Source: Ostrea edulis (taxonomy: Eukaryota). Taken from it: a stretch of DNA of 64,000 bases. Location: assembly GCF_947568905.1 (NCBI RefSeq), contig NC_079168.1, positions 54,312,001-54,376,000 of the forward strand, in the 5' to 3' direction. How positions within the stretch are numbered: position 1 is the stretch's first letter; each line of letters begins with the position of its first letter. Below the pieces are notes generated by a model. It worked only from the letters and a program-made list of their open reading frames with translations, was not told the DNA's origin and searched no databases. Below, one piece after another: positions 12,501-27,500 of this stretch. Both the position numbers and the translations under genes were made by a program.

Positions 12501-15500
12501 TGTAGGAAAAAATTAGATCCCTGGGTCAAAATTATATGAACATCATTAAATGATAATGAAGTACACTGTATTGTACAATTTCAAGGCTATCCAATAAGCC
12601 ATATAGGAGAAATGTTCACATTAAACTATTTTACATCCACCACTCCTCTAAGATCCACTATAACTTTTAGGAAAATAATTGGATCCTCTTGTCCTGACAA
12701 TATGCACATCTACAAATTGGGGAATTGAATTCAGGCAATGAGATTTTCTCAATGAAATTAGATTTAAAGAAGTCAACATTGGTAAGGATACAATTATCCT
12801 GTACTGTATTCAATGATATCTGAGAGGAATTTCAGTGCACTGTGTTCAGCAAACTTTGATCTATTGAAATTAAACTGTTATAGTGATGCATCTGATAAAG
12901 AATAGGTAACAGAACAGAGTTTTGAAAGAGTCCCAAATAGGAAATAGTAGTACTCATTTCAAAGATAAAACAGAAAATACTAGTAGCTGTTTTGTAATAC
13001 TTGAATATCTCTGTCCCTTTCCTTGTGGGACAAACCAACTGAAGACAAATGGTACACAGATATACATTTTGGAATTAACATGATTTTCTAAAGTTGTGAA
13101 CAACATGTGTAAGAAAGCTGGCTTAGCCAGGGCTTTCATTCTGATCAACTGCAGCAAAACAACTTGTATATGAAAAAACCTGTCCCGTTCTGATGGTGTT
13201 AGGTCCTACATGAGAACAAGTGGTGAACAGCACCAAGAAGCAAGAGATTACCAGTACATGTAAAAGGTAATGTATTTCAATGATCTCAAAAAGTTCTGCG
13301 CCTGAATCAGCTCAATGTGTGCAAATCAAGAAAGGCGATTTTTCTGTGGAAATTAAAATGTAATAAAATTTACATGCAGTCTTTAGTTTTCTCTTATTTG
13401 CAAGCATTAAATTAAACCAAGAACTGAATAATTTTTTATTCATCAGTAAACCATTTACTATTCAACAGTTTAGTTTTGAAAAGTCAACTATTTAACTGCT
13501 AAGTATTGAAAAATCAAACTATTCAATGACGTCACTGAAAATTTTAAGCAAAAGTAATGCATTCAGAATTTGATTTTTGCAACAAGAAGATTTTGCTAAA
13601 CTTGAAAATAATGTTCTCACAAGTAAAAAGTGATTTACAGTGACATGCATATTGTATGATTTATAAATATCCGATTACATGTATAACTGGAAGGTGTACA
13701 CTACACATACACTACCAGAAAGCATTTCTTTTTAAGGTTCAACATACCATGCAATTCCAGATTTCCCTCTCTGACAGCCAGAGATTTCGTGCCATAGATA
13801 GGGTACTCCTTTGTTCGGTGGTTTCCATAAAGTACAATCTCAGCTCTGTGCTGGAAGGGCTTCTCTTCTGTTCCAACCTACAAACATATATTACATATAT
13901 AATTTATGTAGCTGTACACAATACACATATAACAATTTCCCTGCTTCAAATCTTAGGAAGTTTTCTTAGTCATGATAATCTGAAGGTGCCAAGAAAACGT
14001 GTGTGTGTACATGCCTATGTTTGTGTGCATGTGTGTGTGTCTTGATGTCCATTAAGAACAGAACTAAATGCATTTGATTCATGGAGAAAAAGGTGAAAAA
14101 TTCTAAGATTTTGTGAAAACTTACTTGTAAGAGACCGTTTTGCAGGATAAGAATGTTTACTGCTTTCAATACTAGATCTTTCTCATCAAAAATAAGTGCA
14201 CCACCTATAAAAAATTACATACATTGTAAGTACACCTATCTATAGACAAGATTATTAGATGAATTTAGTCGGAGATCAAGTGCAGAAAAGGAGTATATCT
14301 TCCTGCTTGCGTCATTCACACCTTGAATTAGTAACAGCCTGAGTTTGGGGGGACTGACGTCTAGCAATATAGTCTGCCCTGGTGTAATGACTACCAAATC
14401 ATCCTCCTTTGGTAAAGGGCCTCCTCCCCAGGTAAACGGGGAAGACCAAACATCAATGAAGAAAAATTCAGCTGAAGTCTGAAAAAGTACATGTTTTTCA
14501 TGGATGCGAATTTTAACATCACAACTGCAGTTTTTAATTCAATAAATTACCAGCATTGGATTCCTCCTTAAGTCCACTATAACATGCACTGATCAAAATG
14601 ATTTGCATAATAAAACTCACATACTACCACCCTTGCTTCGCTCAGAATAGAGTCCCAAATAAATTATTCTACATGTGTACTTACAGTTTTGATTTTTGTT
14701 ACAGGTATACACATGTAGTCTTATTGAAACTACCAGAAAACCCCTCATAATGATTGATACCCATTATCAGCTACATCAGTACAATCAACATGAAGAAACA
14801 AGATTATACAATGGACTTTAATGATACCTGAATGGCCTTGCCATTGTCAGACACTTCTACCCTGACATTAGTTTTCTCAGACTTCCCGTGCTGGTTTGTG
14901 ACACAAGTTATTTGTGTAGAGGTTACACTTCTGACATCACATGCTGTCCCTGCGATGGTCACGGACACAGCAGCCTTAACAGATCTACAGAATTCACACA
15001 AATACTTCATCATTGATTATTACATTCCCTTTTCATGTGTTATATTTAATTTTTTCAGATATCAATTGTCTCTCAACTATTGAATTTGATCAAATTCAAA
15101 AATTCTTCAATATCAGTGTTATCATTATCAATACATGTGTATACCACTGGTTTCATTTAACAGTGCTGGATAAAACTAGATACTGTAGTATCTGGTATAC
15201 AAGATGTAATAGAAGGACAGGGTTCCCTGGGTCCATCTTTATCCACTAATAAAGCACCATCTCAAAGTTTACAAAACTTAAGAGTGTATATGCTTAACCT
15301 TGTTGAGTTACTATTTTCAACATTCCTCACCCAAATCCTGTCCCTTGAATAGTGAGTGTGGTGCCTCCAGCAGTGCCTCCTCTGGCAGGGGTTACCATGG
15401 TGACATTGGCAGTCAGGGCAGGGTTGTATGTGTAAGCATCAACTAGTGTCCTAGACACCCCGTTATTGGTCACATTCACAGTACAGGTCAAGTTTTCATC

Positions 15501-18500
15501 TGATAAAACAGGTCCCAGGATCATGACTTACATCAAAATGTCAGTCACTGGTAATATGATCATTAATATCAAAATGTAACTTTGAAACTAAAAACTTGCA
15601 AATTTGTCCCAGTCTGTGAATGAAATCTTGCAAAAAGTTATATTTGGGAATGTTGAAGACTATTACATCAACTTATACCAATACCAACTAAAGTCTTTCT
15701 TGCATATGTATTTCCTTCACATTTAAAAAACATCAGGTATCATCTAAAATAATCATTGTATTGCTGAATTTAACTTTTGAATTTAAGGCTTAACAACCAT
15801 TACCTGCTGGCTTTGGTGTTCTACAGGTGATCTGGGAGGCTGAGAGATTGCCTGACGGATCATGTTCACACTTCCTGTCACAAATCCAGACAGTTGTGTA
15901 ATTATCAAATCCAGACCCGGAGATAGTAACTAACTGGTCACCTGCAATTCCTCCTGCAAAACAAAAGCTTCACAATTAGAAGAATCTTTTCACACTTTAA
16001 ATTTCATAATCAGTTTTGAAATAATAATTGTTCATTGAAAGTTTGCAAAAAATAGTCAGACTGCTTTCTTTTTCTGAAAGTTTCTGGGAAATTCAATTTT
16101 CTTTCTTAATTCATGTACTTACCTGTGTTTGGAGAGATGGAGGTGAACAGCAGTTGGTATTCAAACTGTATATTTTGGTCTGACTTTCCTTTACCATCTA
16201 CAGTAACCAGCCCAGGAAATGTCCCCACAAGACTGGCACCTGCAGTACAGTTAATCTCTGTTTCCGATGAAGAAATCACGGTGCATTCTGCTTTGCCTAT
16301 ACTAACACTTATCTTCTCCTTCTCACTGGCAAAGTTAGTACCAGTGATTGTAAGTTCAGTGCCTGCTGAGCCTTTGGTTGGATTGATGGAAGAAATATTT
16401 GGGGATACTTGATTACTGTAGTTAAAGTTGGAAACCGGGTATGCAATTTGGTTAGAGGTGATTCTCAACTCCACAGTTTCTTCACGACCATTTGAAGGTG
16501 TGATGCAGCTGACAGTGGATAAATTAAGATTAACAATAGGACAAGGATTGCCCTTTACTGTAATTGAAGTCAGTTTATCCACAAATCCATTCCCAGAAAT
16601 GTGGATTAGGGTACCACCGTGTATGCTTCCCTCTGTAGGGGAGATGTCAGTAATAATGCTTGCTCCGCCCACCTTCAAGTTTCCATTAGCTAGGCCACGG
16701 CCGGCAACTTCTACCACCACCTGGTTATTTGGGCCAACCGGGAGATAGCGAAGGACACATTGCACTGATGAAAGTGATACAGATGTCACTCGACAATCTT
16801 CACCTCCAATCTTAACAGAAATAGCGGCAGAATCATTCCCAAAATTTGAACCTCCAATAACCACGGTGGTTTCCTCCGTTCCATTCACCATTGAAGGAGA
16901 TACTGAGATTATAGTAGGTGTTAGTGCAACATCATATGAAAACTTACATACATCTTCACATACAGCTGGCACCCACTGACCTTGAGCTGACTTGATTTTG
17001 ACTGCCAGCGCTTTCTCACCTTGACCTGCTCTGGTGCTACATTCAATCATACTATAAGTCATATTTTTTACATCACAAGGATATCCCCCAATGGTGACTG
17101 AAACAAACTCCTTCACAGCGGAAAATCCGGATCCATGGATTTGAACCATTGTTCCCCCTGCCACTGAACCATTAGATGGCATGACCATTGTCACAACAGG
17201 CATCAAAGCAAACGACCTTGCATTGACATTAGTAATGGCCACCAGAGCATATCCAAGGTTATTATGCCGTACTGTGATTGGTTGAAGAACTCCGACTGTA
17301 GGAGAATTAGAACTATCAATGTTACACATAACATCTGTCCCACTGTTTCCATCACCAATGCACTTCCCATCTCCAAAACTAATTTCATTCTGGCAATGAT
17401 TGTTGGACAGCCCTGTGCCTCCTATTGTAATGTTTGTGTTCACTGTGCCATTACTTTCAGACAACCCTGTAATTACAGGAGTGGCACATGTCCAGAATTT
17501 AAAGTTAAATTTTGTGGGGTCTCCACCGGAGGGTTGAGGTACTGAGCAGTTTGAGAGAGGATTGGAATCCCCACTACACCCACCAGCAGCTGGCAGAGGA
17601 GCTGCAATACAAAGTAAAACAATTTCATAAAAATAGAAAAAGGTACTCCTAACTACTACAGAAGATTTCACATACCATCAAAAGATAATATTTATACTAA
17701 ATTTTGTCTTGCAAATTCTAAACAAAGCATATGTCACAGTTCTGTATATGTAGAAATTCACTATAAACATGATTTTAAAGAATAATCCTTACAAATGTGT
17801 GTTAATGTATCAGGACTAATTTATTCCAAGTCTAACCCTTTGTTGGCACAGCATGAAGTAAGATATTAATTAATATTTGTGTTAAAATATGAAATTCTTC
17901 AATTATGCATTATTATAACGATGACAGAAATGCTACCTCATTAATATTATGTACATGTACACCATTACAATGCATTAACTTCAATTCCAGAGTATTTCAA
18001 ACATATTAAAACACACAATACTTCCATGATGCAAATGTTGCTGTATTCTATCTTAAAAGAAATGCAATACACAGCAATTCAGATACACTTGAAAATAGGT
18101 ATGTGAAAAGGTATTTTGCTCTTAGTTAGGATTTAAAACTTCCCTTGGTATTTGATTTAGAACTTTTCAATTGTATTTGTCACAGAAATCAACAATTTAG
18201 AGGATATTGTAAAATGAGATAGAATGCAGCAACATTTCTATGGAACAATCGAAACAATTTTATCAAATACTTGCATTGAGGTGTAATTTTCTGATATAAA
18301 GCATCAAATCCATTGACTTTTACTATGACAGCTGCCACATAAGAACTTAGATCCTCCACCGTAATACATCCCCTGAACCATGTTGTCTTGTACTGATCAA
18401 TATAGTCACTCCAATAGCAGTACTTTCCTGGTACAGTAAACTGATGACGGAAAACCCCTGAACAGCGAAAAACGTTACACAGAATTAAAGCTATCATGAA

Positions 18501-21500
18501 AGTTAAATTGAGATTACAGTTCTTAACAAATGTAATATAACTATTGGATTTAACCTTCCCTTCAACCTAGGTGAATATAAAAGTAACTTGAAGACAAGGA
18601 ATCAGTTTCTGAGTGAATTTCAGAATGATTTTTAGTACGAATACACAGTGATTCTTCAGATTTTGACAGATTTCCAGTCATGGCCCTATCCTGACCCCAG
18701 GGGCCATGATTTGAATGATTAGAATCTACATTACAACAATTTTAAAAGTCCATCTTATTTTCATGACTTTTCAATAATTTCTCTTTAGATGGGAGTCATT
18801 GCCCTTCAATTAAACAAGTACAGTAAAACATGATTACAGTGAATATGCTTATAATGAATTCACACTTACAGTGAAGTGATTTTCATTCCCTGATGTTTTA
18901 AAACATATTATTATACCTCAACCTCAGTATGAGAATTCTATGCAATGCGTAATCTGATTGATCTAGATAGTCATGTGTCAGGGATGATAAAACTTCATAC
19001 ATGTATCTCCCTCTCAAACATCAGATCCCCATCATATTTCACCCCTTGTGCAGCCTCATGCATTTTCCATAAATTTAACGTCAAGGTAGACGAAGTTTAT
19101 TGTGATGTCACAATAAGTACGAGTCATTGTACTTTCATAGTTCATACTAAGGCACAAAATATGCGGGTGTCTGATACACACTTTTAAAAATTGCCAGGTT
19201 TTGGTAATGATACAAAAAATGAGCAAGTAAATCAGCATTCAAGGAGAATGGAAATACAAAAACGGGTTATCATATCACTGTATTTCATTGTTTGTACATT
19301 CTAATACATTGACGGAGCAGTGATCCCGTTAAGGCAATCTCAGCTACATACAATGTATAGATGAGCGGACTCCAATATTTCAAATGCATTTTTGTAGTCT
19401 TGCTTTGTTTCTGTATAATAAACAATTCATTGAATGACTGTTCGGGAGATATGAAGATTTATTCACCCAAGAGAAATCATATTCCCCCAGGACAATATGA
19501 TTTCTCTTGGGTGAATAAATCTTCATATCTCCCTCACTATCATGCAATAAATGTATATTATGAACTCATTAGATATAATGAATTACATTTTCCCTAGCAC
19601 TTTGCTATAAGCATGTTTTATTGTACAGCGTATTAGGAATTTTAAACACAATATTCATTTTCTGCTATGTTCCTGAACATCTCCTGCTTCGGGTTGATAA
19701 ATGAATGAAAATTTAGTAGGTTTTTGAACGATGAACTTTGTGATTACAATTAGATGTTCTTTAGTGATTCTTTATGGATTACTGAGTTGTTGTTATTCTG
19801 TATAACAATATTACTGATTGGTTGTTATTCTGTATAACAGTATTACTGATTGGTTGTTATTCTGTATAACAGTATCATTGATTGGTTGTTATTTTGTATA
19901 ACAGTGCTACAGTGGAATCCCGTTATTACGTTTTCCATTTTGTCACGATAAAATAACGTAATACCGGGGGCAACGTAATAAACGTTCCCAGTGAAATCTG
20001 TTAAAATGATCATTTGGAAATTGTATATCGTCCGTTGGTACTCCGTGAAGGGGTGTGTGAATATATCTTTACTGTTTCTTTGTTTAAAAGACTATGATAC
20101 TTTGTTTTATTTACATCTTATCTTTAATGTCCGTAATTCTTCATGTTCTTATCCCTTTTCTTTATTTCGGTGTAGGATACATAAGGATGTTTTGATAAAC
20201 GTTGCTTTTTCTGCATTCGTTTGGACCGCCATTTTGTTCAACTTTAAAACAATGCATTCATGTAAATTTCTCTCAATAACTCGTTCCGGTTCGTATTCAA
20301 CATTCGTATTAAAAAAAATAACAAAACATTGGTTTTTATTAAATTCTCTAATTACACAATACACAACACAATAAAAAAAATCCCACCCAAAAAACAACAA
20401 AACTATAGACACAAAACGCACACGATACCCAACACTTACACACTTCTCACCAACGATAAACATGCACGGAGAACAATTTAAGCGCAATCCACATAAAAAA
20501 AAATATAATGATGCACGAAGATTTCATTTATAACACTAAATGATGGCACTAAAATCACGTGCGCATCAAGGGATTTTAAAATATTCACTGAGGTAAATGC
20601 CGTGCACGAATCGGCCGATAGATTGGTGTATGTATGGACGAGATTTACGAACACCCAAGCTGCATGTCCAAACAATGAACATTTTTTTTTTATTGAACAC
20701 CTTTAGTCACCTATGTCCAAACAGTTACCCAAACGGTTGTAACATTGCTACGATAAATCTTGTCTTTCTTGTTTGGTACCAAAGCTGTCCGTGAATAGAG
20801 TTTTAATAGCGAAGGTAATGACACTATGCTGAACACGCAGGTGGTTGAGAAAATATTTCTTTGATTATCAAAATATGCAAAATGAAGTAAATTTCATAGA
20901 GCACAATTTCTAAATAAACATTATTTAATTGTTTATCACTGGCTTCTATACGGGGTATTCACCTGTATTGATGTCGCTAGATCTATCGAAGCGTGATCAG
21001 TCAAGCGTCTCTAATCCCCAAACAGACCAGGAAATGTATGTGGTGACTGCCTTAGGCAGTCAAGGTGTGAATGGCTAATTATTTTGAGAATCACTATTGA
21101 ATAATTAGGGTTTATTACGTTTTTGTAGGAATTTTTACAACGTAATACCGAGTCCCGGCATTTTAGGACAACGTAATAACAAGGTCTATTTTATATAGGT
21201 TTGTTAAGAAATGGTTTTGTGCTTTGAAATTCCAACGTAATATGCGGACTAACGTAATAAAGGGGGAACGTAATAACGGGGTTCCACTGTACTAAGTTTT
21301 TCTTATTTCGTATAATGGCATTCAAATTATAACAGCATTACCGAGTTATTTTGTATAAAAGCATTACTGAGTTTTTATTTTGTATACTAACATCGCTGAG
21401 TTTTTATTTTGTATAACATCATTGCTGAGTTTTTATTTTGTATAATATAATTGCTGAGTTTTTATTCTGTATAAAAACATCATTCACATTGCTGAGTTTT

Positions 21501-24500
21501 TATTTTGTATAATAACATTACTGAGTTTTTATTTTGTATAATTGTAGTACTGAGTATATTCAATATGCAATCTTAGGTCCAGTGGTTCTGGTAGAAGATG
21601 AAAAGTGAAACATTAATGACAACACAAACGACATAGCTCGACACTCGAGTCTATGGTTCAGGTAAACTAAAAATATTTTGCAAAACCCTAATGATTTTAG
21701 AATTATACAACATTAATTCATCAAAAACAATAATATTATGGCCACAAAAGAGCTATCTATCTGGTTTTTAGAAGAAAGAAAAAAATACCCATGAACAGGG
21801 TACACATGTCATTAACTTTCTGAGGTCTTACCTGATTCCCTTGGAGCTCCACTGTTAAATCCACCTTCCACCTCCTCCACTGAGCTTTCATCCTTGACCT
21901 CCACAACTCTCGGTCGCATCCCAGTGATATAAGATGCAAAGCTCCACCTCCACTCTACAATGTCTCCAACCTTTACCGTCAGATACTGAGGATTCCACGC
22001 ATACCCACTTAGTTTAAATGCTGTGGGGAAAAAAAAAAAAGAAATTTACATTTACTGTTTTATTTCTTGTAATGTTGTTTTAAAATATTTAATCCAAAAA
22101 CCCTCATAAAGAAAAAATATAATGATATAGAAGGATGTGGTTATAGAAAATTACAGTGAAAACATTTAAAGGTTTGCTGATTTTCTGTAGTTGCTAGGGT
22201 AAATTTCACGAGAGTTGTCAAAAATATAAGACATACACATATATTAATTTTGAACCAATCCAAAAGTTTAGAAGGAATAATACTTCAATAACTCTATTTG
22301 CTTACAAAATTGTGAAAAAAAGAGTACAAATTTCAAATAAATATGAATCTAAATAAATATGGTAATTTTATTTTAAAGGCTAGGAATTCCGACAGAAATG
22401 AAAGCAAAATGTACATGTAAGTATAGAAAATAAATTTTTAAAAAAATACATGAGGGTAAACTGTGACACTGCAAGCCAACATACTTCATGAAGCGTATTA
22501 GTGATTCATGAAAAATATGCAGAGGTAAAGTGTTGCAATTCATATCCTCATTATTTTCAAAACTGAAATTTATTTCTTGGTTCATTAAGTCAACTAGGTT
22601 ACAGTGTATAACAATATAACTCCCAGCTATATACTGAATGCAAAAACAACACGTTCTCTCTACTACTCATTTTACTAAACAATAATTTTGAAAAGCATTT
22701 CTGACCTTTCATCTTATAAAGTTATGACCACTTAGGAGGTAAACTATAATCTGCTTTAACTTACAGTACCCTTGTAAACAGATGAAATGCTGTGACATAC
22801 ACTCAGAAAAAAACTATTCTTCTCCCACAAGACTAATTTGTTTGACATTATGAGAAAAACTTTGATAGTATTTGTGAACTCTTACAAGGATGGATCCCCG
22901 AGTTGTCCACAACATGGACCTTGGCTGTGTCCTTAATCTGACACTTCAGTTCATTAACAGTAGCGCTCTCGATCTCACAAATGTGGCTCCCTACCATCAC
23001 CGAGTTCCGGGTCTTGTTAGTAGAGAATCCATCACCCACGATAGTCAGCATGGTCCCTCCCCTAAGTGATCCCTGGAGAGGAGTGACACTGGACACAGTC
23101 AATCTCCACTCCACGGAGGGAATCATGTTGGTGCTGAAATATTTCAATTTAGTCAAGTGACTTAATCCCAAATTCATTCTTAGTATCTTTAATCGGTGGT
23201 CATGATCATTACTGGAAACAAAAAAATTGCTTACACTATAAAAACTGTATACCAGGGAATTTCCCACTGCCCCGGTCCAGACACACACAAAAATGATATT
23301 GCTCTGTTTTAAATTTGCCCGAAACCATTTTCTGGTATATAGCATATGAATTTCAGAGCCAATACTGACATAGGAAACATAATGTGTCAGTCTCATTTAC
23401 TAGAATTTGAAACCGGTTGAGACAAGGTTTCATGTATATTGAATGACGAAGAAGTTAACAGTTGATAAACATGTACGTTGGGCAGTACAAGTGCTTTTTT
23501 AAAAATATACATTCTAATTTTTAACAACAAAAGAAATTTAAATTCAAAAGCTGAAAAAATTCAAGCTTGCTTAACCACTAAGAAGCCTATTATACATATA
23601 TTTGTTATTATGATTTAAAGATCAAAATTAATACACATTTTACCTGTCTACTGCCAATCCTGTTGCTCCCATGAGTTTGATGGGGTATGCTCCCGCTGGC
23701 ATGGCTGGCAGTACCACTTTAATTTCTGTGTCAGAGGAATTTGTAAAAGACACCAGTTTGTTCCCTATCATGACTGATTCTGTTTTGTTCACTCCTGTAC
23801 CCTCTATTGTGATCTCAGTTCCCCCTGTTCAAAAATAAAAACAGCATCCCACCATATCATTACAGTACAAACTACCAAGTCCAATTTTGAAAGTATGTAA
23901 AATTTCTATTGTTGAAACTGAAACAAATACAATTTTTTTTTTACAAAGGTTATTAGCAGCTTTAGAAAGAGGTGTGCTGCTATATTAAACTAGATGAATT
24001 ATTTGCATCTTGCATACCTGCGACAAATGTGGAGTTGGGCACTATGGATGAAATGGAAATCATGTCCACACTGGAGAACAGCAGTGTGGCACTGTGGGTA
24101 ATGTTGATTCCGGTATTTCCCTGCATCACAATCACGCTGGCAGTTTTGTTCCCTGACTACATGTACAAAATAAACACCATAAATTTAATTAATTTCCAAC
24201 ATTTTAGTAAGACCTACTCAAACCAAATGGCATTGAATATCAAGCACAAGAGATACTCACAGGTGGAGGAATAAGACAATCAATCTGTGTGGAGGAACTG
24301 GACAGGATGGGACACAGTGAATCACCCACATATACAACATCCTTGGTGGAAAACCCATATCCTCCCAGAGTCAGGTTCAATCCACCTGTAAATTGTGCAG
24401 TAATTTGAAATAACCAATCTTGTACATTCTGTACACATAATTCTTTTTCCATGTTTCGAAATTCCGAGACACATACATACGGAAAAAAAAGTGACTATGT

Positions 24501-27500
24501 ATGTGAAACATCATGTTCCTCAAATGGGCCTAATCTAAATATTTGACCATTGCCTTTTCAGTTTACCAAGTATGAAGTTTCTACATTGCATTATAAGTTC
24601 AAAAGTTATGACGAAAGCTAAAAAGATTGCCACTGTCAGACAAGACTCAGGTAGACAGACAAAATTCCTGAAGGCATTAAAATATGGGGAATCTTTTTTT
24701 TTTTACACATATGGGATTTCATGTTTCACTTCAAAATTTTAAAATTTTCCCAAATCCATTAATGAAATCCTTACCACCCAGTGACACAGAACGAGGTGCC
24801 ATGGACTGAATGCTGAACTGATAGGTGAACATCACACTGTTATTCACGTTTTCTGCCAATCCACTTCCGGCAACATTAACCATGACGGGAAAGCTTCCAG
24901 TGGGTCCATCCCCGACAGTACACACAATTTCTGTGCTATTGGATGATATGATCATGCAGGAAACTCCCCCTACCACGACACTGTTGAGACTGTGATTACC
25001 ATGGAAACCAGTACCATTAATGGTAATATTTGTGGATGTTGGAAATCCTGTCAATAGATGATTGGACTGTCAGTTTTGTCACACAATATTTGCATAACTG
25101 TGGATTGTCATTTAATGCACAGTGGTAAACCTCGACTTATTATATGTATTTGTGACTCAGCTAATGCTACATACTGAGGACTATAACATTCAGGCACTGC
25201 GTACAGATTTAAATTTAAATTACTCTATGTTCTTTTTATGGTTTCTCATCTGAATTGTTCCCTGCCTCTTTTAAGTTCACACTTTTTAAGTGTAATCAAC
25301 AGATTGAATGTTATACCTAGGAATATACTTAGTATTGACTACAGAATAAATTTACTATGTATAGTATCGATTTTATAGCTTTAGTCTTGAGAAAATCAGA
25401 TTGCATCATGAATAAAGTTGTATAATATAAAGTCAGCAAACACAAAAATACATGGCTCAGATGTATGGAGCGCCAAATTAACATAAACTCAAATAATTGA
25501 AGATATCTTCAATTATTTGAAGATATCATTGTTGATGTTCGCTACAATTTAATTAAAGATCTCTTAAAAAATTAATGATATCTTCAATTCTGAATTATTG
25601 CGTGCATTAATTGAATTAATGATATCATCAATTCTTCAGGTAAATTGATGCGCACTTTAATTGAATTAATGATCTCTTCAAATGAATTAATGAGATCAAC
25701 AATTGAATTGATGCGTGCTACAATTCAATTGAAGAGAGCAATAATTTATATAATGCGCGCATTAAATCAATTGATGAGAGCAATAATTGAATTGATGCGC
25801 GCATTAATTCATTTGATGAGAGCAATAATTGATTTAATGCGCGAATTAATTCAATTATTACTCTCTCCAATTGAATTAATGATATCTTTAATTCATTTGA
25901 AGAGAGCAATAAGCAACTTTATAATAATTAAAGATATCTTCAATTCAACATATCCACAATTGAATTAATGATCTCTTTAATTGAATTGTTGCTCTCTTTG
26001 AAAGAATTGATGCGTGCATTAATTCCTTAATATACAAAAGCATTGTAAATAATTAAAGATATCTTCAATTGAATTAAAGAGATCATCAAATTATTTATAC
26101 CAAGCTCTAAATTAATTACTGCGAGCAATATTTCTACGAAATTGATGCTCTCATCAATTGAATTGAAGAGAGCAATAATTGAATTAATACGCGCATTCAA
26201 TCTATTATTGCTCTCATTAATTCAATTGATGCTCTCATCAACTGAATTGAAGAGAGCAATTAATTGAATTAATGTGTGCATTAAATCAATTATTGCTCTC
26301 ATTAATTCAATTGAGGCGCGCATTAATTCAATTGATGAGAGCAATAATTGAATTGAAGCGGGCATTAATTCATTTAAAGAGAGCAATAATTGAATTGATG
26401 GTATCTTCAAATAATTGAGGATATCTTCAATTATTTGAGTTTATATTTGGCGCTCCATACAGATACAATTACTTGCAGGTGAAAAACGGTTCTTTTGTAA
26501 TGAATTACATTTATAATAACAAATCAACATTTAATTATTTTCAATGTTTTGATTAAGTTGCAACAGAATTCTGAACTCTCTTTGAATTGCTGGGACATTT
26601 GACTGCATGTGACATCACAATGCTACATTGTATATATGGATATGTGAGTGGTGGATTCTGCTGAAGTTAGGCACCAATTTTATTCCAGGGAAATAGGGTA
26701 CTAATCCTTCTAGTCAAATGACTGAACAAACCAATCAGAATAGTTCTTTCATAAAATCTTATACATGAGGTAGAATAAAGTGTCATATTGATCACTGACC
26801 TGTACTAGGAGACACTGAGTGGACGGTAGGTGTCGCCGATTGTGACCACTCCCATGAGCAGTCTCCCGAACAGTGAGTGGGGATGTCATTAATGTATGCC
26901 ATGACCTGGGGGGTCTTGTGTGGAGTTGCCAACATGTCCCCAGGGATTGCGTCAAGCCACACATAACCATCTGTTATTGTCTTCACGTTCACAGTCACAT
27001 TTTCACCTTCTGCATAGCTGGTGATCTTTTGAATATAATATCATGCTCAATCAAAAGTATTTAAAAAGAAAATTAAGCAACTAAATAGAGGAATTAAAAT
27101 CTGGCTGAAACTGGAATCAAATCCAGGATCCCTGTATTACTAGTCATGCAATCTATCAAAATTGGCTTATCTTGACCAACATATAACTGCAAATCATGAA
27201 AGCAATCTGAAAAAAAATATCTACATTGTTGGAAATTAAGCTGTATAAACTTTTGTTTGAATACTAATGTGTTATCAAATTGCCACCTGTAAGGTTTCTT
27301 GGTCACCAGCATTGGAGTGGAATCCGACGTGTAAATCAAACGCTGCACAACCCCCATGTCTGTAAGTGTAAAGATTTCCCATCTCTGGAATACCCGACTG
27401 CAGAAGGGTTCCTAACCGTGTCCCATCAACAGTGAATGGAATACCTGTATCAATAGAAATTCACATACAGCAATGATTAAGAAACATCTCACACACACAC

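Noticed and set aside
25645-26410. Leucine-zipper-like ORFs as host genes
   Set aside because: Produced by 21-bp repeats inside a TIR-bounded MITE.
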